Assembly: GCF_039654945.1 (NCBI RefSeq) | Contig: NW_027361684.1 | Span: forward strand, 75,206,001 to 75,270,000 | Length of the DNA: 64,000 bases | Direction of reading: 5' to 3' | From: Dendrobates tinctorius | Taxonomy: Eukaryota | In this document: positions 27,989 through 43,250 of the stretch, in pieces | How positions within the stretch are numbered: the first letter of the stretch is position 1 | How the letters are laid out: every line of letters starts with the position of its first letter | Program-made: the position numbers and the translations under genes | The notes under the pieces: generated by a model | Database searches by the model: none | What the model was told of the DNA's origin: nothing | Seen by the model: only the letters and a program-made list of their open reading frames with translations

Positions 27989-28466
27989 CTGGAGCTACAG
28001 TAAGTGCTGTTCCCGACCCCTGGTGCTTATCGCGGCTGTGATTCTTCTCTCCTGCTCTGCCACGCTGTTTTTTTAAATTATTTAAATAAATAATTTAAAA
28101 AACCAGCATGGTGTCCCCCCTATTTTTGACAACCAACCTGATTAAAGCTGACAGCTGAGGTCTGATATTCTCAGGCTGGTAAGGGGCCATTGATCTTGCC
28201 CCCCCAGCCTAAAAACAGCAGCCCCCAGCTGCCAAGAAAAGGTGCATCTATTAGATGCGCCTATTCTGGAGCTTTGACCGGTTCTTCCCATTTGCCCTGT
28301 AGCGATTGCAAGTGGGGTAAGAAAGGGTTAATGCCACCTTTCTATGGTAAGGTGACATTAAGCCCAGATTAGTAAGGAGAGGCGTCAATAAGACACCTAT
28401 CCATTACTAATCCTATAGTAAATAAAGGGTTAAATAAGCACACACACACACACACACACACAGTAA

Positions 28467-28862
28467 GGGTACCATTACACTTAGCGTTGCACCAGTGATC
28501 CCGACAACGATATGGATCGCTGGTGCATTGCTAAGTGGTCGCTAGTGAGCTGCCACACAGGCAGATCTCACCAGCGACATAGCAGGGGTCAGGGGTCGCT
28601 ACTTACCTGTCAGACGCGGCGATCCTGACGTCCTCCCGCCCGCGTCCACGCGTCGCTCATCGGCGCCACAGGAAGCCTAGCAGGAAGCGCCCGACGCGAA
28701 ATGGTCCTGGATGTTCTCGCGCAACCAGCAATGAGCAGCAGGGGAGCCGGTCGGAGGTAAGTATCACATGTAGCGATATCGCTAGCAATATCGCTGCTAC
28801 GTCACAAAATCGGTGACGTTACAGCGATATTGCTAGCGATATCACTATGTGTAACGGGCCCC
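28467..28862. mobile_element. Harbinger MITE
   Basis: TAA TSD; GGGTACCATTACAC / GTGTAACGGGCCCC. Confidence 0.8.
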
Positions 28863-30397
28863 TAAGAATAAAGTCTTTTAATGAAAGAATACAACACACA
28901 CAATCATTTATCATTTTACCACTTGCATTTTGACTTCAGTTTTTAATAATTAGTGTTAGTAATACAAGTTCTTAAAAAAATAATTGAAGGACTTTAATAA
29001 GTGTTTCTAACCTGGTTGTAAAAAAAACAGTTGGTTCTTTTTTCTGTGGGAAGATACTCTCTGATAAATTGAATGCTGTGGATATAAAAGTTAGCTACTC
29101 TGCAGGCATCAGGAAAGCGTTAGTATGCTGTACCATCAAAACTAATCAAAGAATGGGAAGCGCCAGAAATTTCAGTGCCTGAGAAATATAAATGTCTATG
29201 AACAAAGAACTGCGAGGTTCATCCTATCTGCACCAGCATGAGTTTCAGCAGATTATGGAAATCTTTACAGAGAGGAGTTCTACTCTATGGACAGGAACAG
29301 GCGCTCATAAGTGTAAGTTAGAAGTGGAACATCACAGAATATTCATATTTAGGATTTTCACTCGTCCGTAAAGTAATAGAGAAATATTTACTATTAACTC
29401 CATTTAAATGAGAACAAATAAAAAAACAGATTTACAATGTAAGATTATGTTGTAACTCCAGATCCGATTAAAGTGTTTGGACATTTATGGTCTGATTTAT
29501 CAAAGCTTTTATGCAAATTTTAGCACTGTTGCACCATTTGTACCCAGCTCCGACAAAATGCGAAGAGCGGGTGTAAGAAGAGGATTTAGCAACCCCTCAT
29601 CATCAAATTTATGAAGAGCTGTGGCGTTTTCTAAGCCACAAATCTTATGGCAGTCCTTGAGTGGAGTAGGATTTGTGGCAAGGGACACACTGAGGTTTAC
29701 ACTACTTGTCAAACACGTCAGATTCATTTTTAAAGCATCACTTTGTTTTATTGGAGTGGTGTTTCTAATCTAAGGTTCCAGCACCTAGATTTATACATAC
29801 TCACTATACATCTTCACTTTTGATCTCTGCGGTCGATCTCCAGCAGTTTGTGACCTGCCAGATCGCTCTAGTATTTATTCTAATGAGCTGGAGATGACTT
29901 TTCAATGCAAATTTATAAGAGCCACATTCTGTCTTTCATAATAGACCTGCATTGAGAGCTGGTGACAATTACTTCTGATTTCCAGCCAGTCAGAAGTCAC
30001 AAGACGGTGTCGTGTGGATTTTAACGACACTCTTAAATGGTGAAGATGGTAGCGGGTAAGTTTAAGATTATGGTCAGGAACCTTAGATTAGAAGCATCAC
30101 TCCAGAGCTGAAAAAAACCCCAAATGCTGGAATGTTAGTTTAATAAATTAGGAGCATCTGACTCTAGCACGCCCCATCATTAATCAGCTTAAAAAAAACA
30201 ATCTGTGTCTCTGGTCCATGAGATTCAGAGCATGTCTTATTCTTAACCATTAAAGTTAATGGGGATCTGTGTTAAACCAATATGGAACAAAAGGTATACT
30301 TTAGTTCTTCAGAGTGCCATCCGAGTTTTGCCCCTTTTTAACGGATCCATTGCTAAGGGTCAATGGATAAAAAAGTTGTGAGAGTCTACTTGCTTAA

Positions 30398-30759
30398 AGG
30401 GAACCTATCACCATGAAAATAGAGTCCAATCTGCAGGCACCATGTTATAGAGCAGGGGGGGACTGAGGAGATTGATATATAATATTGTGAGAAAATATTC
30501 AGTATGAATTGAGTTTTAGTCATTTAATGTTCTGCTCTTTGTTGGGTTTTCAATCCAGTGGGTGGTCCCATCAGTGACTGACAGCTCTCTCTGTATGAAG
30601 CTGTTGATAGGACCTCCCACTGGATTGAAAACCCAACAAAGAGCAGACGTTTAAATGAATAAATCACGGGTTATAATTAGCCTTTTCTCACAAAAAAATA
30701 TATCAGTCTGCTCTGTAACATGGTGTCAGATTGGACTGCAATTTGGTGACATGTTCTCT
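30398..30759. mobile_element. T2/Kolobok-type palindromic MITE
   Basis: TTAA TSD; AGGGAACCTATCACC / GGTGACATGTTCTCT; internal palindrome. Confidence 0.85.
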
Positions 30760-31878
30760 TTAAGTGAAAAAAAGGATGAGAAAAAAATGGAGACAACTAG
30801 AATGACACTTCAGAGAAACATCGGTTCATTCATTTTGGATGATAACACTCACAAAGGTTTGAGAATGTGTAGTGACCCGTCCAGACTGGGTATGTCCCTT
30901 TAAGTAACCCTGGACCGTGAGTAGCTTTTGTACACATCAACAACCCTAAGTTATCCTTTTACTGATATGGTTTAAATGAAGCCATTACTCACTAATCTCA
31001 TATATTCAAGATTTATATATTAATCTCACAATGTGAAGTCTGAGACAAGAATTGAGAGTTATCCTATTGGTCGGTGACCCTGTCACCAAGATTCAATGGG
31101 AGGAGCTACCTCCAGTCTCTGTGGAGACAAGGCAGGATTCTGGAAAGTTCCCTGAGGAGTCTGATTCAAGATGTAACCCAGAGTAGACCTTCACGTGAGG
31201 GGTCTCCTGACCCCCTCCAGGCTCCAAGCCTGGAGGTTCATCTTTCTATTCTTCTCAAGACTTACAGCCAGGCTTAATGCCTTGGATCTTCCCCTGACTT
31301 CTACAGCCAAGATGGCTGAAGACTTTTAACCTTTTATTTAACACTGGATGCCCGCTGTCCTGTTTATTGCATGCTTCTCCAGCATTAGGTCGCACTAAAT
31401 GTGTACAGAAGAACCTATTCCTCTGCATGTTGAGGAAATCAAGGGTTCCCCGCCTCACCGCAAATTATCTGTTATTTACTTCAAGTATATTTATGCACGT
31501 ACCGTGACAAGCTGAGAACATGAATGCAGGATTTCATGTCTGTAAATATTGCCATATATTCCCTCTCTGCCTTTATGTCACCAATAGACTGAACTCTCTT
31601 ATTATTACCTGCAAGTAAAGCTCCTAACTAATACAGGTTCTTAAAGCTCCAGAACCTCAATTCTGTGTCAGAATACAATCCTGAACTGTATTGGCCGTGG
31701 ATTACCCATGTGAACGGTTACCTTTACTCCATGTTATTTCTCCCCGTTCTGCTGAAGTAAAGCAGCTGCTATCCCCGAGATCTGTTGTCTGTGGTTATCT
31801 TATTAGCTGTGGACACTGCGTGGGGGATGGATAACAGTGAACGGAATGGCCCCATACCAGGGCTGTTGCAAACAAAAG

Positions 31879-31896
31879 TGGCGTCACGAGCAGGAT
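31879..31896 (+). promoter_or_regulatory. Primer-binding site, tRNA-Ser(CGA)-like
   Basis: TGGCGTCACGAGCAGGAT; from recall, complementary with one mismatch to the vertebrate tRNA-Ser(CGA) 3' end. Confidence 0.65.
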
Positions 31897-33530
31897 ATAT
31901 TCCTCTGTGCCTTTCTACTATTGTGGCACTATAAGGCTCAGAAGTGCTTATTAACCGTATCTTGCCAATGTATTCTAAAGACTGTTTCCTGTTATATGCT
32001 ACTGCTGCCTGTATCTGCCTGTGGAGTAAAGCTAAGTGCATATTTTCATCCACAGCAGTGCTTTATTCAAGAGAGGAAGCCTTTCATTCTAAAAGACTGT
32101 AAAATTATATGTTGAACTGTATTCTAAAATATTACAAAGATGGCCCCCATTGTCTGAGGGATCCATGAGTTCAGCTAAGCATATGCTGAGTTATCCCATT
32201 GTGGGCGGAGCCTCGGAAATGGCACCAAAATTGCCCCCTCCCACTTGCATAGACTCTTCGTTGGCCTTCTGTCACTCCTGCCAGGAGGTGCTGCCTCTCC
32301 TCAGTGAAGAGTTGTAAGTCTGCCCCCAGTAGGCAGGACTGCTGCAGAGAGGTCAGTGCAGTGAAGGAAAAAAAAGTGTCTTTGGATTTTATCTCAGAAT
32401 GTGTCTGCAAAGAACAGACAGTGAACAGAAGGTTAACCTCATCCTGACAGAATTCACCCTGGGCCCTAAAGCAACCTCTATTGTTTCTACTGACCAGAGG
32501 ACATCTTCCAATTTGCTTGCATAAACTATGGCTGATAAGCCTGGAGCTGCTGTAGTTTGATCTGCCCACATGCCCCCACCTGCAGAGCTGCACACTGCTG
32601 GAACTGAAAACAAGGAGTTTGTGCTGCCCTCTCAGCAGGTGGGGATGACAAATCCTCCAGCCAGGCACATGATGACTCAGATGCAGGACCAAGGGTCTGT
32701 ACAGAAAGTCACAGCCCTGCAACCAGCGGCAGGGGAAACGTCCAGCACTCACTCATCCACCGAGACCCGACGCAGCCACAAAGGCTGGCTATGCACCCCA
32801 GCATCCGGCCATGTTATTTCAGTGCCTTCTTCAATAAGAGACTGGACAGGTTATAAAATAAAGTTACTATGGTTGGATATAAATAATTGGGCATAAAGTA
32901 GGTGTTATTGTGTGTTAGATGATACAGAGAAATAGTTTAGGGTATGTTTTGAAACTCAATTGTTAATCCATAAAAGCAAAAAGGGTTAATATGACTGCAG
33001 ACCCAGGTTGAAAAAAAAAGCAAAAACAGCCTGATGCACTTTGTACAGAATTCTGTCTGCTTTGCTCTTAAAGGTACATTGCTGATTTATTATAGAGTCC
33101 ACTTTTCTACGAAAAGTATATAAAATTTCTTATATTGGGCTTGATAAGAAACTGAAGAGCTTTAATAAACCCAATCTCCTTTCTTATCGCTCTGAAGTTC
33201 TGGGGCAGATGCTATAAAAGCCACTCCCACCACAAGTGTAGCTGGTTTATATAAATAAGAAACTACAGAACCATATTCTTCAAGTGTATATCTACTTGTA
33301 CTTATTTAGTTAGTCAGGTAAGTAATGTTCAAGTCTCCGTACCTGGGTAATACCAAGCACCTTGTTTGTTATTTGTATTATATCATCTACCATCATGGAC
33401 TAGATATATGCTTTTTTTCTCTCTTTTGCCTCTAAAAGTGCCACTCCGGAGCCTTTCATATGGACGATAGTATATTGCGGAAAGACACTCTATTCCACAT
33501 TGGCACCACCACTATCATGTTTTACAGTTA

Positions 33531-35139
33531 CAGTGGGGAAAAAAAGTATTTAGTCAGTCAGCAATAGTGCAAGTTCCACCACTTAAAAAGATGAGAGGCG
33601 TCTGTAATTTATATCATAGGTAGACCTCAACTATGGGAGACAAACTGAGAAAAAAAAAATCCAGAAAATCACATTGTCTGTTTTTTTTTCATTTTATTTG
33701 CATATTATGGTGGAAAATAAGTATTTGGTCAGAAACAAGCAATCAAGATTTCTGGCTCTCACAGACCTGTAACTTCTTCTTTAAGAGTCTCCTCTTTCCT
33801 CCACTCATTACCTGTAGTAATGGCACCTGTTTAAACTTGTTATCAGTATAAAAAGACACCTGTGCACACCCTCAAACAGTCTGACTCCAAACTCCACTAT
33901 GATGAAGACCAAAGAGCTGTCAAAGGACACCAGAAACAAAATTGTAGCCCTGCACCAGGCTGGGAAGACTGAATCTGCAATAGCCAACCAGCTTGGAGTG
34001 AAGAAATCAACTGTGGGAGCAATAATTAGAAAATGGAAGACATACAAGACCACTGATAATCTCCCTCGATCTGGTGCTCCACGCAAAATCCCACCCCGTG
34101 GGGTCAGAATGATCACAAGAACGGTGAGCAAAAATCCCAAAACCACGCGGGGGGACCTAGTGAATGAACTGCAGAGAGCTGGGACCAATGTAACAAGGCC
34201 TACCATAAGTAACACACTATGCCACCATGGACTCGGATCCTGCAGTGCCAGACGTGTCCCACTGCTTAAGCCTGTACATGTCCGGGCCCGTCTGAAGTTT
34301 GCTAGAGAGCATTTGGATGATCCAGAGGAGTTTTGGGAGAATGTCCTCTGGTCTGATGAAACCAAACTGGAACTGTTTGGTAGAAACACAACTTGTCGTG
34401 TTTGGAGGAAAAAGAATACTGAGTTGCATCCATCAAACACCATACCTACTGTAAAGCATGGTGGTGGAAACATCATGCTTTGGGGCTGTTTCTCTGCAAA
34501 GGGGCCAGGACGACTGATCCGGGTACATGAAAGAATGAATGGGGCCATGTATCGTGAGATTTTGAGTGCAAACCTCCTTCCATCAGCAAGGGCATTGAAG
34601 ATGAAACGTGGCTGGGTCTTTCAACATGACAATGATCCAAAGCACACCGCCAGGGCAACGAAGGAGTGGCTTTGTAAGAAGCATTTCAAGGTCCTGGAGT
34701 GGCCTAGCCAGTCTCCAGATCTCAACCCTATAGAAAACCTTTGGAGGGAGTTGAAAGTCCGTGTTGCCAAGTGAAAAGCCAAAAACATCACTGCTCTAGA
34801 GGAGATCTGCATGGAGGAATGGGCCAACATACCAACAACAGTGTGTGGCAACCTTGTGAAGACTTACAGAAAACGTTTGACCTCTGTCATTGCCAACAAA
34901 GGATATATCACAAAGTATTGAGATGAAATTTTGTTTCTGACCAAATACTTATTTTCCACCATAATATGCAAATAAAATGAAAAAAAAAACAGACAATGTG
35001 ATTTTCTGGATTTTTTTTTTCTCAGTTTGTCTCCCATAGTTGAGGTCTACCTATGTTGTAAATTACAGACGCCTCTCATCTTTTTAAGTGGTGGAACTTG
35101 CACTATTGCTGACTGACTAAATACTTTTTTTCCCCACTG
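33531..35139 (+). mobile_element. Young full-length Tc1 (DD34E) with ~200-bp TIRs
   Basis: TA TSD; TIR CAGTGGGGAAAAAAAGTATTTAGTCAG; near-identical arms. Confidence 0.97.
33899..34921 (+). pseudogene. Tc1 transposase with a single in-frame stop at 34772-34774
   Basis: Paired-like [25 protein letters not shown]; frame resumes after TGA to KGYITKY*. Confidence 0.9.
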
Positions 35140-37168
35140 TATTTATTCCATGTGTGAATATTTTCACATTGTCATTACTAAACATTGTATGAACCTTGCC
35201 TTCCTTTCTTAGTAGCCCTTTACTCACACAATCGCCGAAGACAGCTCACCTTAAGAGGGGGAGTATGTAGTGACCCAGTCCAGACTGGGTCTGTCCCTTT
35301 AAGTAACCCTGGACCGTGAGTAGCTTTTGTAAACCTCAACTAACCCCTAAGTTATCCTTTTACTGTTATATGGTTTAAATGAATACATTACTCAAAAATC
35401 TTATATATTCAAGATTTATATATTAATCTCACAATGTGAAGTCTGACACAAGAATTGAGAGTTATCCTATTGGTCGGTGACCCTGTCACCAAGGTTCAAT
35501 GGGAGGAGCTACCTCCAGTCTCTGTGGAGACAAGACAGGATTCTGGAAAGTTCCCTGAGGAGTCTGGTTCAAGATGTACCCCAGAGCAGACTTCATGTGA
35601 GGGATCTCCTGACCCCCCTCCAGGCTCCAAGACTGGAGGTTCATCTTTCTCTTCATCTCAAGACTTACAGCCAGGCTTAATGCCTTGGATCTTCCTCTGA
35701 CTTCTACAGCCAAGATGGCTGAAGACTATTAACCTTTATTTTAACCCTGGATCCCTGCTGTCGGGATTAATGCATGCTTCTCCAGCATTAGGTCGCACTA
35801 AATGTGTACAGAAGAACCTATTGCTCTGCGTGATGAGGAAACCGAGGGTCCCCCGCCTCATCGCAAATTATCTGTTATTTACTTCAAGTATATTTCTGCA
35901 CGTACCGTCACAAGCTGAGAAAATGAATACAGGATTTCAGGTCTGTACATATTGCCACATATTCCCTCTCTGCCTTTAGGCCACTAATAGACTGAACTCT
36001 CTTATTACCTGCAAGTACTACTCCTAACTAATACAGGTTCTTAAAGCTCCAGAACCTCAATTCTGTGTCAGAATCCAATCCTGAACTGTATTGGCCGTGG
36101 ATTACCCACGTGAACTCTTACCTTTACTCCCTGTTATTTCTCCCTGTTCTGCTGAAGTAAAGCAGCTGTTATCCCCGAGACCTCTTGTCTGTGGTTATTC
36201 TATTGGCTGTGGACACTGCGTGGGGGTGGATAACAGTGAACAGAATGGCCCCATACTAGGGCTGTTGAAAATGTAGTGGAAGGAGGAGAACCTGTTATAT
36301 GTTTCTATCAGCAAGTGCCAGAAAAGTGTGTCCCTAACACACTTGATAACGTAATGATTATATGGCCAACCCCTTCAATAAGAATATTAGGAAGCTTTTG
36401 AAATATCACTAAAGTGATGAGTATGACTGATGTCTACTCTGATCTTTCCATTGTCAGAATAAGATACCCCTTTAGTCTAATTATGAGACACACATCCCGC
36501 CAGCTACAGTTGAGGCCAGTAATTGACATTAAAGAAGCCTTCACTGCTGTTACTTTTTATCAGCACATGTTTCGTCGATATTAATTATCCTATTGACCTT
36601 TACCCCGATGCTAGTTAAATATTTCTATTGTATGTGTATGAGTGAACTTTACTCAGAATAACTGTTGGAAGAAAAGAAACACAGGCTAATTAACGTAATA
36701 CAGCCCTTATAGTTATAACTATTAAATTTAATTCTTCTGTTCATAAATGTCCTTGCAAATGTGTACAAGGGTGTAGTAATGAGCATAACACTGGAAATGA
36801 GTTTCAGTGCAGAGGTTAAAATGTAATCCCATTTTCTATCTCTTTTGTGTCAAATGTGCTTTAATTTGAGCCAATGCCTATAGGTACAGATTATATATGA
36901 TAAAGTGTGAGATATGAAAGGGTTAGACAAATTTTTTTCAGTTGGATTCCTCTTGAGACCATTAGAAATTGTGTTGTTTGCCTTCGGATTTCTTAAGTAC
37001 AAAGATGTAGGTCTGTGCGAATCTCCTCAGCTCCCGACATTCCAAGCTATTTTTTACAGTTGCCAGCTGTCGCAAAACCGTGTGTGTATGACACCGCAAT
37101 AATGACATTGCGCCACGCTGACTAATTAAAAGAAGAGCTGGGAATATTGGGAGGGAAGGAGATTTGTA

Positions 37169-38801
<1,633 letters not shown>

Positions 38802-38853
38802 TAGGCATCTAATTCAGTGGTCCTAGCTTACTGACCTTGCCAACTTACTAGAG

Positions 38854-39424
38854 TAAAAAAGGGGAAGAAGCCAGCGCTGCCTATGGTCAGAACACAATAC
38901 ATAAAATGCATATGCACATATTAATTTCTAACTGTGCTTCAAAATGAAACGTATAGCAAAGAATTGATCAATTCTTTGAGTTACCCCACCAAGCCCAGGC
39001 ATTCTCATATGAGTCAGTCCTACTCTATGTTTTTTATATTCACTGTGCCATTACGGCCTCCTAAATGTATTAAAAGCAAGACCACATTAAATGCAAAATG
39101 TACCTGAAGCATTTCTGAAACACTCCCATGGCCCCAGAAAGGGCGAGTGCAGATAAAAGTTGACAAGGTCCGGACATAAACATTTCAGGTCCAACCTCCA
39201 CACTGCCAAACCAGCAACCACAGATGAAGGGTGAAACAGGCCCAGACACAGGTGCACAATCAAATAGAGCCTGGGGCAGGGCATGGCTGCTGTATGTGTG
39301 TACAGAAGCCTAGATCAATCAAAATGAAGACAGAAAGAATGGCGTGGATAACCCTGCGCGCACGGCAAACAGTGGTGGTCAGCCACAACCAATATCAAAT
39401 AAAAAAGGGGAAGAAGCCAGTGCT
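38854..39424. repeat. 546-bp unit bounded by 25-bp direct repeats (possible non-autonomous Penelope-like element)
   Basis: TAAAAAAGGGGAAGAAGCCAG(C/T)GCT at 38854 and 39400. Confidence 0.5.
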
Positions 39425-39739
39425 TTATGCATTATGTTGCATATATAAAATTGAATGTTTCTATCTGCCATCAGAGAATGAAATGAATACATTTTAGTGA
39501 ACATTCTTTTACCCTAAGTCACTCACAAAATTACTGCACAAACATTGACATCAGCTATTATAACTCAAGAGGTATCTAAAATAATTCTTTCTTTGAAACC
39601 ATATCAGTCCCTGACACTAGAATAGCTTACCAAACTTTTCTATGTTTTGCACCATTTATGACACTTTCAATAAAACCTCATGATGCTCATGGTTTGATGG
39701 GTCACTTTATCTGAACTATGGAAAGAAATGGCAAGACCC

Positions 39740-40040
39740 TCAAACTTTCTTCCAATTTCATTACTTAATTCCCCCATAATAACATCTCAGACACCTTAAC
39801 TTCTTGCGATGGATGCAGATAAGTCATTTACTAGGGTTAACTGGGATTACTTATCATCCACACTGGAAATGTTCAGCTTTTATGGGTTCATTAAGTCAAA
39901 CTATTATACTTGTCCATTGTACTTCTTCCGTTCGTTCATTCATTCATCCAACCATCCATCCATCCATCTGCTAAAGTGCTGGCATTAGGCTTCTTCCCAG
40001 AAATCTTCATGAGTTCAAATAGTACGAGTCAGTAATAACT
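39740..40040 (+). mobile_element. Highly degenerate L1/Tx1 RT fragment
   Basis: PISLLN and LLAMDADKSFTRVNWDYL resemble the L1 RT motif LDAEKAFDRV.W. Confidence 0.55.
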
Positions 40041-40530
40041 TTTTTAACTTGACCCGCATGCGAATTTTGGCACGTTTTTTCACTGCTGTGATTTCTCTTT
40101 AACAATAGGAACATGGAAGAGGCCAGGAGCCATTTCGTGAGCTGCATTTCTTGCTACATGTTCACAGACTTACCTGTAGAGAAGCCAAACTTCACATGCC
40201 AGAAATGCAAGCTTGTGTCCCTGTTGGAGGTTAAAGTTGCAAAATCTAGAAGAGAAGTTAGCTACATTGAAAATCATAAAAAAGGTGAAGACTTCTTAGA
40301 CAGAACAGAATTATCTCTTCGTGCTATAGAAAGAGAAGAAGGGAGGAAATGGTTGGGGAGGTAAGAGTGGCTGGGACCCTAGTAGGTAGCAACAGTGCTA
40401 TTTTAGAAATTTGGATAACTAGAGGAGGAAGACCTGTGAAGACTCAGACTTCAAGGTTAGATTTCAGAAAGGCAGATTTTAAGGGACTCAGAAAGAGAAT
40501 CAGAGGGATCGAATGGCTGGATATCCTTAA

Positions 40531-41534
40531 AGGGAAGGTGCCATCCGAAAAAATTTTTTTCAGCAATTGAAAAAATGTGAAGAATTAATGTTTACATTTT
40601 CTTAAAAAATATTATCATTTGTTTTAATTTTGTAAAATATGAAAAATAATTTTAAAAAGTTTGGCATTTCCACTTGTTAACACTAGGGGGAGCAGCTACT
40701 GAAATTTGGCACAAAAACCTAGTGTACAACTAGCTCCCATTACTGCCCTGCAGTAATTATGGGCGGAATCTGTGACATGGGTGTGATGTCACTCCTCTCC
40801 TCCCATTCTGGGTGTTTGCTAAGGGAAAAGAAAGGATGACATTTAGGAACACAGTGAGCAGCCATTTTGATGGGGCCTGCAAAGTTACTGACTGTCATTG
40901 CATGTAAATTCTGGATCAGGACAGGTCATCAATCAGCAGAAATGTTTCCTGGATTTCTGTGGAGCAGACAAGCAGACGGTCCATCCATGTGTATAAAACA
41001 CAGCGCTCTATGTACAATCCCTGGCACCGAACAGGGTGCCCCCATAGACCAGCACACTGCTCTCCTGAAATACTCTGTGCTGTCATAAAAGGGAAAGTGT
41101 CAGATTACCAGAGATCACTGGGGCTGTGTGTGAGTGAGGAGGCGGAGACAGAGCAGGAGGACAGTGGAGCAGGAAGCACAGTGCAGAAAGTAGAGCTCAG
41201 CAGATAGCACTGGGCTACAGTAAAATGGCGCCCAGCAACACCTACAGCAGTGAATGGTGCAGCCCACAGGGGCATGCCCAGTTCACTGCTAATGAGGCTG
41301 CAATGTTAGAGATGTTGTTGGGAACCGACACAGTCTCCTATGTCCAGGGACGGCCATATTTGCAGACTGTATGAGTCCTCCCCAGATCTGCAAATCAAGA
41401 TGGCAGCGCCCAGTGGCTACATTAAAACATTATTACAAACAAACCATAAATCCTAGTTAGTACAACATTTGCTGAAACAAAATGTTTTGTTACTCTTTTT
41501 TTTGCAAATTATATAAAATTGCGGCACCTTCCCT
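40531..41534. mobile_element. T2/Kolobok-type non-autonomous element
   Basis: TTAA TSD; AGGGAAGGTGCC / GGCACCTTCCCT. Confidence 0.9.
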
Positions 41535-41800
41535 TTAAGGACAAAAATGTCCAGAAAGGATGGGAAATCTTGAAAAATGAGATTCTCAAAGCACAATTGT
41601 TAACAATTCCAAAAAGAGGGAAGAATAGAATGCATTTAAGGAAACCAGGATGGATGAACACAGGACTTAAACACATGCTAAAAAGGAAGAAAGAAATGTT
41701 TATCAAATGGAAAGAGGGAGGCATATCTAAAGAAGAATATAATGCTGTCTGCAGAACCTGCAGGGAACGAATTAGATTAGTAAAGCTGACAATGAATTAA

Positions 41801-42260
41801 GGGTGGTTTCACATTAGCGCTTTTTAAGCTCTCTGCCCGGCGTGCCCGCCCCTTGCTTGTAGCGCCGCCTCCTAGCGCACAGCGGCGCCTGCGATCGGCG
41901 CACCCTATCTTTAGCATAGGGTGCGCAGATCGTGCGCAGGCCGTGCGCTAGTTGCACTTTGACCTGCGCTGCGCACTTTTGACGGTGCGCCGTGCGCGCC
42001 AAAATCCGAAAAGTTTGATTTTGGCGCGCACGGCGCACCGTCAAAAGTGCGCAGCGCAGGTCAAAGTGCAACTAGCGCACGGCCTGCGCACGATCTGCGC
42101 ACCCTATGCTAAAGATAGGGTGCGCCGATCGCAGGCGCCGCTGTGCGCTAGGAGGCGGCGCTACAAGCAAGGGGTGGGCACGCCAGGCAGAGAGCCGGCT
42201 CGGGGGCGGAGCTACCCCCGGCCGTGCGTGCGCTTAAAAAGCGCTAATGTGAAACCACCC
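41801..42260. mobile_element. Young palindromic Harbinger MITE
   Basis: TAA TSD; TIR GGGTGGTTTCACATTAGCGC; near-perfect foldback, CpG-rich. Confidence 0.93.
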
Positions 42261-42660
42261 TAAGGCTTGCAAAAGATGCCAAAAGCAATACAAAAGGATT
42301 TTGGAGATATGTCAAAAGTAAAAGAAAAGTCAAAGATGCTATAGGATTTTTACAGGACGAAAATGATCAAATGCTAAGAAAGAATGTTGAATGTTGAGAA
42401 GGCCAAACAATTAAATTCCTATTTTACATCTGTTTTCTCTCAGAAAGGAAATGTAATATCAATTGATCTTCATTGTCCTATTAAAGGAATAGAAGAATCC
42501 AGGCTATCTATAAACAGAAAGATAGTGATGAAACACTTAGCTAACATAAATGAATTCAAGTCTCCAGGTCCAGATGAATTACACCCTAAAGTACTGAAAG
42601 AGAAGAAATTTTTGGACCACTCTCCATAATTTATGAAAATTCTTGGAGAACAAGACAAGT

Positions 42661-43250
42661 GTGAAAACCTCAAAAAGAGGAAAAAAAAATCCTCCAAAAA
42701 ATTCAGTTACAAACCAGACAGGCCTAAACGAATCTGCACTAATCCAAGGTACAGCGGACCCAAGTAAAATGGCAGCTGCACAGGTGCATAAATACCAAAT
42801 GAAACAGCCAGCCTACAATCAGGGATTGGCCGTGTGGTACACCAGTGCAGAAAAAATAATCCGATCCGCATGTGGCAGTGTTCACACAGGGAATGCAGGG
42901 CTTCTGGCTCACAACCTCTTAGTAACACCATATAGGGGGGCTGCCCAGTGCCAAATAGAATGCATCCCGTGTGAACAGAGGCCACAAGTTTGCAAGTGGC
43001 CTCTGTTCACACGGGATGCATTCTAGTTGGCACTGGGCAGCCCCCCTATATGGTGTTACTAAGAGGTTGTGAGCCAGAAGCCCTGCATTCCATGTGTGAA
43101 CACTGCCACATGCGGATTATTTTTTCTGCACTGGTGTACCACACGGCCAATCCTTGATTGTAGGCTGGCTGTTTCATTTGGTATTTATTCACCTGTGCAG
43201 CTGCCATTTTACTTGGGTCCCCTGCACCCTGGATTAGTGCAGATGCATTT
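42661..43250. mobile_element. Foldback insertion with 14-bp TSD (probably retroposed, Penelope-like)
   Basis: AGAACAAGACAAGT at 42647-42660 and 43251-43264; ~260-bp inverted arms around a 10-nt loop. Confidence 0.7.

Larger units (their letters stand above)
30868..36269 (+). mobile_element. Non-autonomous LTR retroelement (LTRs 30868-31870 and 35266-36269)
   Basis: Two ~1-kb direct repeats starting TGTAGTGACCC; 4-bp TSD AATG; primer site at 31879; polypurine tract AAGAGGGGGAGTA at 35253-35265; no recognisable gag/pol. Confidence 0.92.

Noticed and set aside
33808-34548. 246-aa antisense ORF
   Set aside because: Shadow frame of the Tc1 transposase
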